From the NCBI GenBank assembly GCA_031414535.1, contig JANNVQ010000029.1, positions 1 through 64,000 of the forward strand: a stretch of 64,000 bases of DNA. Direction: 5' to 3'. Of the stretch, positions 38,801 through 48,172 are shown piece after piece. Numbering within the stretch: the stretch's first letter is position 1; every line of letters begins with the position of its first letter. This stretch comes from Gemmatimonas sp. Lineage in GTDB: Bacteria > Gemmatimonadota > Gemmatimonadetes > Gemmatimonadales > Gemmatimonadaceae. The notes beneath the pieces are model-generated. The model worked only from the letters and a program-made list of their open reading frames with translations, was not told where the DNA came from and did not search any database. The translations under genes and the position numbers were made by a program.

Positions 38801-39460
38801 CTAGATGAACGTGGCGAGATCCGAGAGTGGCTTCTTGGTGATTACGGGTACTCGGGCCTCTGCGGCCGGGTACCCAACCACCAGCAGGAGGAAGGGCTTC
38901 TCGGACTCTGGGCGCCCAAGGATGCGATTCAGGAATCCCATTGGGCTCGGCGTGTGCGTGAGCGTCGCGAGCCCCGCGTGATGGAGCGCCGCAATGAGGA
39001 AGCCTGTGGCAATGCCCACCGACTCAGGCACATAGTAGTTGGCCCTGCGGGACCCATCGGGCATTGGGCGCCAACGTTGCGCGAAGATGGCGATGAGCCA
39101 AGGCGCGGTCTCGAGAAATGGCTTCTCCGCATCGGTGCCCAGCGGTGCGAGGTCTTCGAGCCAATCGGCAGTGGCGCGCTCAGCGTAGAACTCGCGCTCC
39201 TCCTGCTCTGCCGCCACGCGAATCTCGCGTTTGACCGTCTGGTCGGACACGCACACAAAGTGCCACGGCTGGAGGTTTGCGCCATTGGGAGCGCTGCCGC
39301 CAGCTAGGAGGCAGGTCTCGATAAGGGCCCGGGGTACTGGCTCAGGGGAGAAATCCCGTACCGAACGGCGTCGGCGGAGATCGGCGGCAAACGCTTCGGC
39401 CCGCGCCTGCATCTCATCGGCGGGGAATCGGCGATACTGGTCGAGTGGTAGCGTGTCCAC
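38801..39460 (-). CDS. Nitroreductase family protein, iodotyrosine deiodinase-like
   Basis: 'RRSVRDF', '[12 protein letters not shown]', 'AEQEEREFY', '[11 protein letters not shown]', 'THTPSPM'. Confidence 0.85.
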   Translation of the reverse strand: MDTLPLDQYRRFPADEMQARAEAFAADLRRRRSVRDFSPEPVPRALIETCLLAGGSAPNGANLQPWHFVCVSDQTVKREIRVAAEQEEREFYAERATADWLEDLAPLGTDAEKPFLETAPWLIAIFAQRWRPMPDGSRRANYYVPESVGIATGFLIAALHHAGLATLTHTPSPMGFLNRILGRPESEKPFLLLVVGYPAAEARVPVITKKPLSDLATFI

Positions 39461-39473
39461 GGGCGCCCAGCGG

Positions 39474-40031
39474 CTACGCGAGTACCTTCAGAGCGTCCTG
39501 ATAGCCTACGCCCTCCGTCAGGCGTTGATACACATGCGCAATGACCGCAGGGCTCGCGAGGAGGAAGCGGCATCGCGTAGCGCCGTTGGAACGGCACTCC
39601 ACTTCCATGCAGCCCAGCTGACCATCCGCCACCCGACCAAACACATCCGCGAGCATCCCGGCCGTGTAGTAGCAGCTCGGGTACGGCATAGCCGCCGCGG
39701 GATCCGACTCGGCCCAGTCCGGTGCGTCAAAAGCGACTGCGGCATCACCCAGTGGCTCGAGCGTGACGCTGCCCCAACCCGTCTCAGAAAAGAAGCGCGC
39801 GGCGGCCTGCTGGAACTGCGCGTAGGGGAGGGACTCCGGCGTGGCCATTCCATTGGCGGCACACCAGGCGCGCATTCCGGCGAGCACGCTCTCGCCGCCG
39901 GCGTAGCCCGCCTCCTGCAGGACGGTGGCGAATCCATCGCCCAAGTCGCGCACGAGCGAGGCGCGCAGCGTCGTAAGCGACGCGCGCGGAATGGCGGAGA
40001 GCGTAGTGGCGCCGAGCGTGAACGGAGTCAT
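39474..40031 (-). CDS. V4R-domain protein
   Basis: 'GWG', 'SCYYTAGML', '[14 protein letters not shown]'. Confidence 0.8.
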   Translation of the reverse strand: MTPFTLGATTLSAIPRASLTTLRASLVRDLGDGFATVLQEAGYAGGESVLAGMRAWCAANGMATPESLPYAQFQQAAARFFSETGWGSVTLEPLGDAAVAFDAPDWAESDPAAAMPYPSCYYTAGMLADVFGRVADGQLGCMEVECRSNGATRCRFLLASPAVIAHVYQRLTEGVGYQDALKVLA

Positions 40032-40050
40032 AGTCAGCTCTTAAGAAGGT

Positions 40051-42111
40051 TCAGCGGCCCAGCAGGCGCAAGAGTTCGGCCTCGTCAATCACCTTTACGC
40101 CGAGCTCCTTGGCCTTTTCCAGCTTACTCCCGGCCTCTTCTCCGGCCACCACGAGGTCGGTGGCTTTCGACACCGAGCTGGTGACTTTGCCACCTGCGTT
40201 CTCAATCATTTCTGAGGCCTCGGAGCGCGAGTGCTTTGGGAAGGTACCGGTAAGGACGATTTTCATGCCCTTAAAGACACCGTCGGCGTCGGCGGATCGG
40301 GGCTCGTCCATCCGGAGGCCAGCGGACTGCAGACGACCCATCAGGTCCCGCACGGCGGGCGCGTCGAACCACTCGCGCACGGAGGCGGCCATGGTGTGGC
40401 CTACCCCGTGCAGGGCCTCAATCTGTTCGAGGCTTGCCGCAGAGAGTGCGTCCATACTGCCGAAGCTGCGCGCGAGCAACTTGGCGCTTTCCGCGCCCAC
40501 GTGTCGGATGCCAAGTGCATTCAAGAGGCGAGAGAGCGGTTGCTGCTTGGATGCGTTGATGGCTTCTACGAGCGCGGTGGCGCTCTTTGATTGGAAGCCC
40601 TGCACGCCGCTCGCATCGTCGCCCTTCTTTGGCACAAGCTGTTCGGCGCGAATCGAGTAGATGTCGGCCGCGTCATTCACCAATCCAGCGGCAATCAATT
40701 GCTCCAGTCGCTGATGACTCAGCCCGCGAATATCCATCCCTGCACGCGATACGAAGTGCGCCAGCGCCTCGAGGCGTCGCCCACTACACGCGAGATTGGG
40801 ACAGTAGCTGGCAACTTCCTCCTCGTCACGCACGGCTGCTGTTCCGCAGATGGGGCAGTGCGTGGGCACGCTCACCACGCGCTCGCTGCCATCGCGGCGC
40901 TCGGGGACTGGACCAAGAATCTGTGGAATCACTTCGCCCGCGCGCTTCACCTGCACGGTGTCGCCAATGCGCAGATCCTTCTCGGCTACCAACTCAAAGT
41001 TGTGCAACGTGGCATAGGTGATGGTCGCACCACCGACTTCCACGGGCGAGAGCACGGCGCGCGGCGTCAGCGCACCGGTGCGACCCACTTGCACCTCGAT
41101 GTCGAGCAGCCTCGTCTCGGCGATATCCGGCGCGAATTTCCGCGCCACGGCCCAGCGCGGCACACGGCCGCCGATGACACCAAGTTCCGTCTGTAACGTG
41201 AGGCGATTCACTTTTACCACGCCGCCGTCAATCGCGAATGGCAGATTGGGACGAATGGTGGACTCCAGCTCGCGTGCCCAGACGTTCACGTCCTCGAGCG
41301 TGGCGCAGGGCCGACGATGCGGCGGGGTCGGGATTCCCCACGACGCCAGGGTCTCGAGCAGTTCCCACTGGGTGGTAAAGGGCAGCGAGGGATTACCGGG
41401 CACGGCGAAGGCGTAGCCGAGGAATCGCAGAGGTTTTTTGGCAGTCTCGCGCGGATCTTTCTGCCTTAAAGCACCCGCAGCAGAATTGCGCGGGTTGGCG
41501 AACACGGGTTCACCCGCCGCCGCGCGCTCGCGATTCATGCGCTCGAAGCCATCGAACTCCATGTACACTTCGCCACGAATTTCAATGGTCTCGGGCCAGT
41601 TGCTGCCTTTGAGTTGACGCGGAACGTCAGCAACGGTGCGCAAGTTTGCCGTGACGTCCTCGCCGACTGAGCCGTTGCCGCGTGTGGCGCCAATCGTGAG
41701 CGTGCCATTCACGTAGGTGAGCGAAACCGCGGCGCCATCAATCTTGAGTTCGCAGCAGTAGCCGTCCTTGTCCACGGCATCGCCAACGATCTTCCGCAGG
41801 CGTTGATCCCACTCGGCGAGTTCTGTTTCATCGAAGGCGTTGTCCAGCGAGGCCATCGGCACCAGATGATTGTGCTTGGCCAAGTGGCTCTCGCCCACAT
41901 CGGCGCCCACACGTGCAGTGGGTGAGTCTGCCTCACGCAGTTCAGGATGGTCGCGCTCGAGCGCCTGCAGCTCACGAAACAGCTGGTCATACTCCGCATC
42001 GCTGAGCGACGGGCGGTCCTGCACGTAGTACTCCTGCTCGGCACGAACAAGCAGCGCGCGCAGCTCAGCCGCGCGCGCTGCCGGTGCCGGAGATGCTCCT
42101 CCCCGGGTCAG
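40051..42111 (-). CDS. ligA: NAD-dependent DNA ligase
   Basis: 'ELKIDG', 'FANPRN', 'VGRTG', Zn finger, HhH, BRCT. Conserved N-terminus extends upstream of GTG 42024; CTG start at 42111 is inferred. Confidence 0.96.
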   Translation of the reverse strand: MTRGGASPAPAARAAELRALLVRAEQEYYVQDRPSLSDAEYDQLFRELQALERDHPELREADSPTARVGADVGESHLAKHNHLVPMASLDNAFDETELAEWDQRLRKIVGDAVDKDGYCCELKIDGAAVSLTYVNGTLTIGATRGNGSVGEDVTANLRTVADVPRQLKGSNWPETIEIRGEVYMEFDGFERMNRERAAAGEPVFANPRNSAAGALRQKDPRETAKKPLRFLGYAFAVPGNPSLPFTTQWELLETLASWGIPTPPHRRPCATLEDVNVWARELESTIRPNLPFAIDGGVVKVNRLTLQTELGVIGGRVPRWAVARKFAPDIAETRLLDIEVQVGRTGALTPRAVLSPVEVGGATITYATLHNFELVAEKDLRIGDTVQVKRAGEVIPQILGPVPERRDGSERVVSVPTHCPICGTAAVRDEEEVASYCPNLACSGRRLEALAHFVSRAGMDIRGLSHQRLEQLIAAGLVNDAADIYSIRAEQLVPKKGDDASGVQGFQSKSATALVEAINASKQQPLSRLLNALGIRHVGAESAKLLARSFGSMDALSAASLEQIEALHGVGHTMAASVREWFDAPAVRDLMGRLQSAGLRMDEPRSADADGVFKGMKIVLTGTFPKHSRSEASEMIENAGGKVTSSVSKATDLVVAGEEAGSKLEKAKELGVKVIDEAELLRLLGR

Positions 42112-42632
42112 TTCGCCTCGCCTTCAGCGCCAGCTTCGGCCTCGGCGAGACCACCGTCGCGCAAAAAGGCCTCAACGTGGAACATGCCCGCTTCGCCAGC
42201 GCGCTTCACCATGCGCACGAGCGTATCGGCCGAGGTGACTTCCTCACGCTGCTCGTTCACGAACCAATCAAGGCCGTTCTTCATGATGTGGTTCTTTTCC
42301 TTGACTGCGAGGTCCACGATGTCGTTGATCTGATTCGTGACTTTAATCTCGGACTCGAGCGCCAGCTGCACGGCCGCGAGCGAGCTCTTGAAGCCCGTCT
42401 TGGGCGCCGGCACGGCCGGAATCTTAAGATCGCCGCCGCCATCGAGGATGAGGCGCACGAACTTCATGGCGTGATCGCGCTCTTCGCCAGCCTGGGTGAA
42501 GTAGTGCTTGGCCAGCATCGGCAGACCTTCAGCGTCAAAGTACGCCGCAATCACCACGTACTGGTTGCTCGCCTGCAACTCGTTGCCCACCTGAGTGTTG
42601 AGCGCGGCGTTTAGTGGCTTCGAAATCATCAT
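42108..42632 (-). CDS. Ferritin
   Basis: 'QVGNELQASNQY', 'EERDHAMK', 'WFVNEQREE'. Confidence 0.92.
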   Translation of the reverse strand: MMISKPLNAALNTQVGNELQASNQYVVIAAYFDAEGLPMLAKHYFTQAGEERDHAMKFVRLILDGGGDLKIPAVPAPKTGFKSSLAAVQLALESEIKVTNQINDIVDLAVKEKNHIMKNGLDWFVNEQREEVTSADTLVRMVKRAGEAGMFHVEAFLRDGGLAEAEAGAEGEAN

Positions 42633-42713
42633 GTGTGTAGACTCCCGACCGTCTTTACGGTTCATTTAAGGACAGAGGGAAATCTAACGTCCGGGCCCAG
42701 CCCGAGGCACCGC

Positions 42714-44060
42714 ATGACCGTCGTCGAACTGATCGAACGCAAACGCAACGGCGGGCGCTTGAGCGCGGGGGAACTTCGCGCCTTGATGCAATCCTATGCG
42801 GACGGCACGATTCCGGACTACCAGATGTCCGCGTTCGCCATGGCCGTGTACTTCCGCGGCATGGACGACGAGGAAATTGAGGCGCTCACCACCGCGATGC
42901 TCGAGAGCGGACGCGTCCTAGAACTCTCGCACATCAAGATTCCCAAGGTGGACAAACATTCCACCGGCGGTGTGGGCGACAAGGTCTCAATCATTCTCGC
43001 CCCCCTCGTGGCCGCCTGCGGCGTCGCCGTCCCAATGATGTCGGGGCGCGGCTTGGGCCACACCGGCGGCACGCTCGACAAGCTGGAGAGTATTCCCGGC
43101 TTCCGGACGCGACTTTCCCTCGAGGAAACCGCGGCCCAGCTCGAAAAGCTCGGCGTGGCAATGATCGGCCAGACCAAGGAAATCGCTCCGGCCGATCGCA
43201 AGTTTTACGCGCTCCGTGATGCCACGGCAACAGTGGAAGCCATTCCGCTCATCGCGGCGAGCATCATGAGTAAGAAGCTCTCCGAGGGTTTGAATGGATT
43301 GGTGCTCGATGTGAAGACGGGCGCCGGCGCGTTCATGACCAAGCTCGAGGACTCCATCAGGCTCGCGCAGACGATGATCGCGCTCGGCCAGAGGCGCGGC
43401 TGCGAGACCATTGCCCTGCTCACGGATATGGACTCGCCACTGGGCGAAGCCTGCGGCAACGCGCTCGAAGTCGAGGAGAGCATCCACTGCCTGCGCGGCG
43501 AAGGGCCCAAGGATTTGCGCGAAGTCACGCTGGCGCAGGCCGCCGAAATGCTGCTTGTGGCCAAAGTGGTGCCAACGGTGCAGGAAGGTCGGATCCGCGC
43601 CGAAGCTGCGCTTTCCTCAGGTGCGGCCTTGGACAAGTTCCGAGCCATTGTGCAGGCGCAGGGCGGACATCCGGGCGTGGTGGACAACCCCGTCGCATTG
43701 CTCCCTCGCGCTCCCATACGTGAGCGGGTCGAGGCTGCTAGGGCTGGCGTGGTGCAGCGCGTGGAGCCCCGCGTGATTGGCCGCGCCATCATCGCACTTG
43801 GCGGTGGACGGACCAAGGTGGACGACGAGATAGACCCAGCGGTCGGCATTGTGCTGCATGTGCGTCCTGGGAGCCGCGTGGCACGTGGTCAGCCTATTGC
43901 CACCGTTCACGCCAGGGACGAGGCCGGCCGCGCCGCCGCAGAGGCAGCCCTGCGCGAGGCCATAACACTTGGCGATTCCGCGCCCACACCCCGCCCCCTC
44001 ATCTCGCATCGAATCACCGCGCGGGGGGTGGAGGAACTACCCGCGTTCGGTGCACATTAA
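42714..44060 (+). CDS. pdp: Thymidine/pyrimidine-nucleoside phosphorylase
   Basis: 'DKHSTGGVGDK', 'SGRGLGHTGGTLDKLE', 'SIMSKK'. Confidence 0.95.
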   Translation: MTVVELIERKRNGGRLSAGELRALMQSYADGTIPDYQMSAFAMAVYFRGMDDEEIEALTTAMLESGRVLELSHIKIPKVDKHSTGGVGDKVSIILAPLVAACGVAVPMMSGRGLGHTGGTLDKLESIPGFRTRLSLEETAAQLEKLGVAMIGQTKEIAPADRKFYALRDATATVEAIPLIAASIMSKKLSEGLNGLVLDVKTGAGAFMTKLEDSIRLAQTMIALGQRRGCETIALLTDMDSPLGEACGNALEVEESIHCLRGEGPKDLREVTLAQAAEMLLVAKVVPTVQEGRIRAEAALSSGAALDKFRAIVQAQGGHPGVVDNPVALLPRAPIRERVEAARAGVVQRVEPRVIGRAIIALGGGRTKVDDEIDPAVGIVLHVRPGSRVARGQPIATVHARDEAGRAAAEAALREAITLGDSAPTPRPLISHRITARGVEELPAFGAH

Positions 44061-44066
44061 AGGCCT

Positions 44067-44300
44067 ATGGAAAACTTCGAGAAGTTGGCCGCCCTCGGGG
44101 CGAAGGGAGTTGCCGGTGGCGCTATGGCCGCCTGGGCGGGTTTCGCGTACTTCACCCGCCCCGTGTCTTCCGGTGGCGTTGACCCCGTGACGCACATGGC
44201 AATCATGGCCTCGACCTTCGTGGTCTTTGGCATGATTGCGCTGACGCACTTCTGGTTTGGGATGCAGCTCGCGAAGGGCAAGGATTCGATCCGCGGCTGA
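44067..44300 (+). CDS. Small two-TM membrane protein
   Basis: 77 aa with two hydrophobic helices, directly after pdp. Confidence 0.65.
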   Translation: MENFEKLAALGAKGVAGGAMAAWAGFAYFTRPVSSGGVDPVTHMAIMASTFVVFGMIALTHFWFGMQLAKGKDSIRG

Positions 44301-44360
44301 CACCACGCCGCACTGAGCGACGTAGAGGGACGACGTTCCCTCTTCGACAACCAGCCCCCA

Positions 44361-47300
44361 GTGCCGATCCCTCGCCGCATGTTGACGAGAGTCCTGACAT
44401 TCGCGCTCGCGTTCTGCCTGCCAGCGTTCGCCCCCAAGGCGCAAGAAGTTGAGGTCGTCGGCACCCTGCATACCGTCTGGCGAGACCCGCTGCGACGCGG
44501 CGACGCGCCGGTGCGGATGTTCTCGGTCACCGATGATTCTGGGCGCGTCACGCCCGTCGTAGTGACGGAGTCACAGGCCGCGGCGTACGGTGGCTTAGAC
44601 GCCCTCAATCTCCGGCGCGTGCGGTTGGCGGTCGAACGCGGACGCGCGACGGCGCTGCAGGAAGTGCAGCCTCGCACAGCGAGGCTACAGGCGTTTCTCT
44701 CTGCGGATGGGCCGCGGCTCATGCGCTATGTAACGTTGCTCTGCAAGTTCCCCGACTTCGCCGACGTGACGCCCGGCACGCTCGCCGATGCGGAGCTGAA
44801 CTTTGGGCAAGTCTACCCGGGAGCCGGACACTACTGGAACGAAGTGTCAGACGGCCAGTTGTCGCTTCAGGGGAGCATCGTGCGCGGATGGTACATGATG
44901 ACCGAGCCGCGCTCGGCGAATGTGCCGGGCTCGTACGCCAATCTCGACGCTGTGGCGCGAGACTGCGCGGCCGCCGCCGACGCCGACGTGGATTTCTCCC
45001 AGTTCCAAGGCGTCAACTTCGTCTTCAACTACCCGGTCGACTGCTGTAGCTACGGGGGCAGTGGTTCGCTGTCACTGGACGGCGGTGTACGCAGCTATGC
45101 CATGACGTGGCTCTCGCCCGTCGCTTTCCAGGGGCTCGGCACCATCGCACACGAGATCGGGCATTCACTCGGGCTGAACCACTCCAGCGGATCGTACGGT
45201 TTGGTGTATGACTCGCGCTGGGACGTGATGAGCTCGCCCGACTGGGCACCCGTGCCCGGGACTGCCAAGTTCGTGGGCGCGCATGTGAATGCCTATGGCA
45301 AGCGTCAGCTCAACTTCATTCCGGCGGAACGCGATTTTCTCGCCACGCCGGGGACACACGAGATCCTGCTCGAACGGTCTGCCTTGCCGGGGTCGAACAA
45401 CAACTATCTGATTGCGCGAATTCCCGCGCCGCGCTTTGGCCCCATGCAGTACTACACGCTCGAGGCCCGCGGCATCGGCGGCTACGATGCGCCGCTCGTG
45501 GGTGCGGGCATCGTCGTGCATCGCGTCGGTGGCGGCGGCGCGACGTCCTCGAACGTGGTGGACCTCGACGGCGATTTCGATCCCAGTGACGAGGGGGCGC
45601 TTCTCACACCGGGCGAGGAGTTCCGAGACCCGCTGCACGGCATAACGGTGCGCGTGATCGAACGGGTAGGGGACGCCTTCCGTCTGCGGCTCGATGTCGC
45701 GGCCAACCCAATGGTCACGCTCGCTTCGCCGCAGCGCCTTTATCGGGTGACGGCGGGCTCGGACAGCGTCCTCGTGGACAGTGCGCTCGTGACGCCTATC
45801 GGCATGGGGGAGGAAGCGGGCTGGACCGCGGGCAAGCTGATGAGTGGCCCCTTGTCGGTCGCGACGACGTCCGGCACCGGCAGCGGTATGCTACGTTGGT
45901 CGCTGCGCACTACTGGGCTGGCTGAAGGAGTATACGATCAGGATATCCGCGTCGCAGCAAGCGGCAGCATATGGGCGGACATGCGTATCCGGCTCGTCGT
46001 GGAGTCAGCAACGGAGCCTATGCTCGCGGTCCTCGCGCCATCGCGCCGCGACTCGGTCATCGCCGGTGGCGCGCGCGAAGTCTTCAATCCCGTGACCGTC
46101 AGTGGCGATGGCAGCGATACCACCACGTGGATAGCGACTACATCGGCGCCGTGGATTACGATGGTCGAGGACACGGGCACGGGCAGCGGCATGCTGCGGT
46201 ACCGGCGCGAGACATCGGGACTCGCACCAGGGATGTACGTGGCGCAGTTGACGCTGAGCGCGCCCGGCACGACGCTCGCGCCGCTTACCCTCATTGATTC
46301 GCTTGAAGTATTGGAATCATTGGCCTGGCGAGTCGTTGAGCGCGGTCTTACGCGCGAGACGGTAATCCAAGGAGCATTGCCAAAGCTTGACTCCATGCGT
46401 GTCGAGCTGGATGGACGCCACGGTAACTCATCGCAGTGGTATGCCATCCAACGGGGTGGGCAGTACTACTTCGTCCCAGAGTTCCCCGGACCCGTGGGCA
46501 GCGGTTGGGTACGCTTTCGTCGCACGCCCGGCGACTTAGAGCCCGGTATCTATCCGGCAAGGATTCGCGTCCACCTTGGTTTTGACTCCTCACAGGAATT
46601 CTTCGTGGAGGACACGCTCGTGGTGACCGCCGCGCCCATCGGCATCACGCTCTCCTCGAACGTGACGCGAGACAGCGTGCGCGGCGTCACCTCCTTCAGC
46701 GATGATTCGGTGTTCGTGCAGCCCACGGGCCCAGGAAGTTCGTCGCGGGCCTGGCGCGCGATGAACGCGCGGGGGCTGCTCGCCTTTCCGCTGGCCGCGG
46801 GAGTCACCCCGAACCAACGCATGGGTCCGGCGTGGCTTCGCTTCATTCGCAACCTCGCGGACCGAACCCCCGGATGGCACGTAGACACCATCCAGTTCCT
46901 TGAGGTCAGTGGTTCGCAGGTGCTGGCCACATTAATCGATAGCCTGTACGTCGCTCCCGGGCCTATGCTCACGACACTCGCGACGTCAGCGGCCAGGCGG
47001 CGCAGTGAGTTGCGCGCCGGCAGCACGCGTGCGCTCGAGGACACAGTACTGGTGATTGCCAGCGGCGACGAGTCCGAACAAGTGCAGTGGACTGCTGCGA
47101 CTTCATCGCGATTCACGTCACTGATTACTCCATCTGGAAACGGCACTGCGGCCTTACGTTGGAGTCGTTCGGCCGCTGGGCTGGCCCCAGGATGGCACGT
47201 GGACACGATTCGTGTGTCGGCGGCGAGTGTGGGTGCCAGCACGATGATCGTGGACTCGCTGTGGGCGTATGCTGCGCTCGCGGTCTCAGGCGCCACGCAG

Positions 47301-47759
47301 CGTCCCGCGGCAATGATGGGCGCGCCCTTTGCCGACACGCTGCGCAGCAGCGGCGGACCGAGCGCGCCGCCTGTCTGGTCCATCGCTGACGGGGCATTGC
47401 CCGCAGGACTCACATTCAATGCAGCCTTGGCTCGCGTGCAGGGCATCGCCGAGACTAGCGGTAGCTTTAGCGTGACCGTGCGGGCCGTCGCAGGTGCAGA
47501 TACCGCACTGCGCGCATTGGAGTTTGTCGTCGTCGAACCGACGCTGATCGCCGGCGCGGTGGTGGAGCAGCTCCTCGGCGGGACCCCGCTCAGCGAAGAC
47601 CAGCGGCGATACTTAGACCTCCAAGGCAACCGCAATGGACGCCCAGACATTGGCGACGTGCGCGCCTGGCGTCGGCGCCAAGCCTTAACGCTCACCGCCG
47701 CACAACGCGCCGAGCTTGATAGCGTGATTGGCTCACCGACGCCGGAGAAGAAACCGTGA
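44361..47759 (+). CDS. Secreted zinc metallopeptidase (M6/M11-like) with repeated Ig/BACON-like domains and dockerin-like C-terminus
   Basis: 'HEIGHSLGLNH', Met-turn 'WDVMS', repeated 'GTG...LR...GL.PG.Y' modules, 'GALPAGLT'. Confidence 0.8.
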   Translation: MPIPRRMLTRVLTFALAFCLPAFAPKAQEVEVVGTLHTVWRDPLRRGDAPVRMFSVTDDSGRVTPVVVTESQAAAYGGLDALNLRRVRLAVERGRATALQEVQPRTARLQAFLSADGPRLMRYVTLLCKFPDFADVTPGTLADAELNFGQVYPGAGHYWNEVSDGQLSLQGSIVRGWYMMTEPRSANVPGSYANLDAVARDCAAAADADVDFSQFQGVNFVFNYPVDCCSYGGSGSLSLDGGVRSYAMTWLSPVAFQGLGTIAHEIGHSLGLNHSSGSYGLVYDSRWDVMSSPDWAPVPGTAKFVGAHVNAYGKRQLNFIPAERDFLATPGTHEILLERSALPGSNNNYLIARIPAPRFGPMQYYTLEARGIGGYDAPLVGAGIVVHRVGGGGATSSNVVDLDGDFDPSDEGALLTPGEEFRDPLHGITVRVIERVGDAFRLRLDVAANPMVTLASPQRLYRVTAGSDSVLVDSALVTPIGMGEEAGWTAGKLMSGPLSVATTSGTGSGMLRWSLRTTGLAEGVYDQDIRVAASGSIWADMRIRLVVESATEPMLAVLAPSRRDSVIAGGAREVFNPVTVSGDGSDTTTWIATTSAPWITMVEDTGTGSGMLRYRRETSGLAPGMYVAQLTLSAPGTTLAPLTLIDSLEVLESLAWRVVERGLTRETVIQGALPKLDSMRVELDGRHGNSSQWYAIQRGGQYYFVPEFPGPVGSGWVRFRRTPGDLEPGIYPARIRVHLGFDSSQEFFVEDTLVVTAAPIGITLSSNVTRDSVRGVTSFSDDSVFVQPTGPGSSSRAWRAMNARGLLAFPLAAGVTPNQRMGPAWLRFIRNLADRTPGWHVDTIQFLEVSGSQVLATLIDSLYVAPGPMLTTLATSAARRRSELRAGSTRALEDTVLVIASGDESEQVQWTAATSSRFTSLITPSGNGTAALRWSRSAAGLAPGWHVDTIRVSAASVGASTMIVDSLWAYAALAVSGATQRPAAMMGAPFADTLRSSGGPSAPPVWSIADGALPAGLTFNAALARVQGIAETSGSFSVTVRAVAGADTALRALEFVVVEPTLIAGAVVEQLLGGTPLSEDQRRYLDLQGNRNGRPDIGDVRAWRRRQALTLTAAQRAELDSVIGSPTPEKKP

Positions 47760-48172
47760 AGAGGATTCCGCTCCGCACACTGTGGCTCGCGCTCGTCGCA
47801 GCCCTGTTCTCAGGCTCCTGCGCCGACGGCCCCACCGCACCGAGGCCTGAGCCGGGATCGCTGATCGTCAGCTTTACGACCCCCAACGTCGATGACCGCG
47901 CGGCGATGTTCACGGTGGTGCTCCCTCCCGGAACGACCACGGGTAGCCCGGTACTCAGCGCGTCGGGTCTCGAGGTATTCCACCGTCGTGTGGCCGACAC
48001 CCTTCGCGTCGCAGTCTTCGGCGCCATCCCAAGCGGTGAGCTTCTGCGCATCGCTGTTCCAGATCTTCGGCAGGTTCCGCGTATGACTGTGAGCCTTCTC
48101 GAAGTGGCCGCGGAGAATGACGCACTGCGTGAGTCATTCTCTGGCTACACCATCAGAGTCTCACGGCCTTAG
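47756..48172 (+). CDS. Small beta-rich lipoprotein
   Basis: 'FSGSC' lipobox-like; GTGA overlap with the peptidase stop. Confidence 0.7.
   Translation: MKRIPLRTLWLALVAALFSGSCADGPTAPRPEPGSLIVSFTTPNVDDRAAMFTVVLPPGTTTGSPVLSASGLEVFHRRVADTLRVAVFGAIPSGELLRIAVPDLRQVPRMTVSLLEVAAENDALRESFSGYTIRVSRP

Noticed and set aside
38778..38803. Sixth regulon promoter (GGGAACT)
   Set aside because: The -10 does not match (GGGCTA). It lies in a small hairpin between convergent genes and points at no sense ORF.
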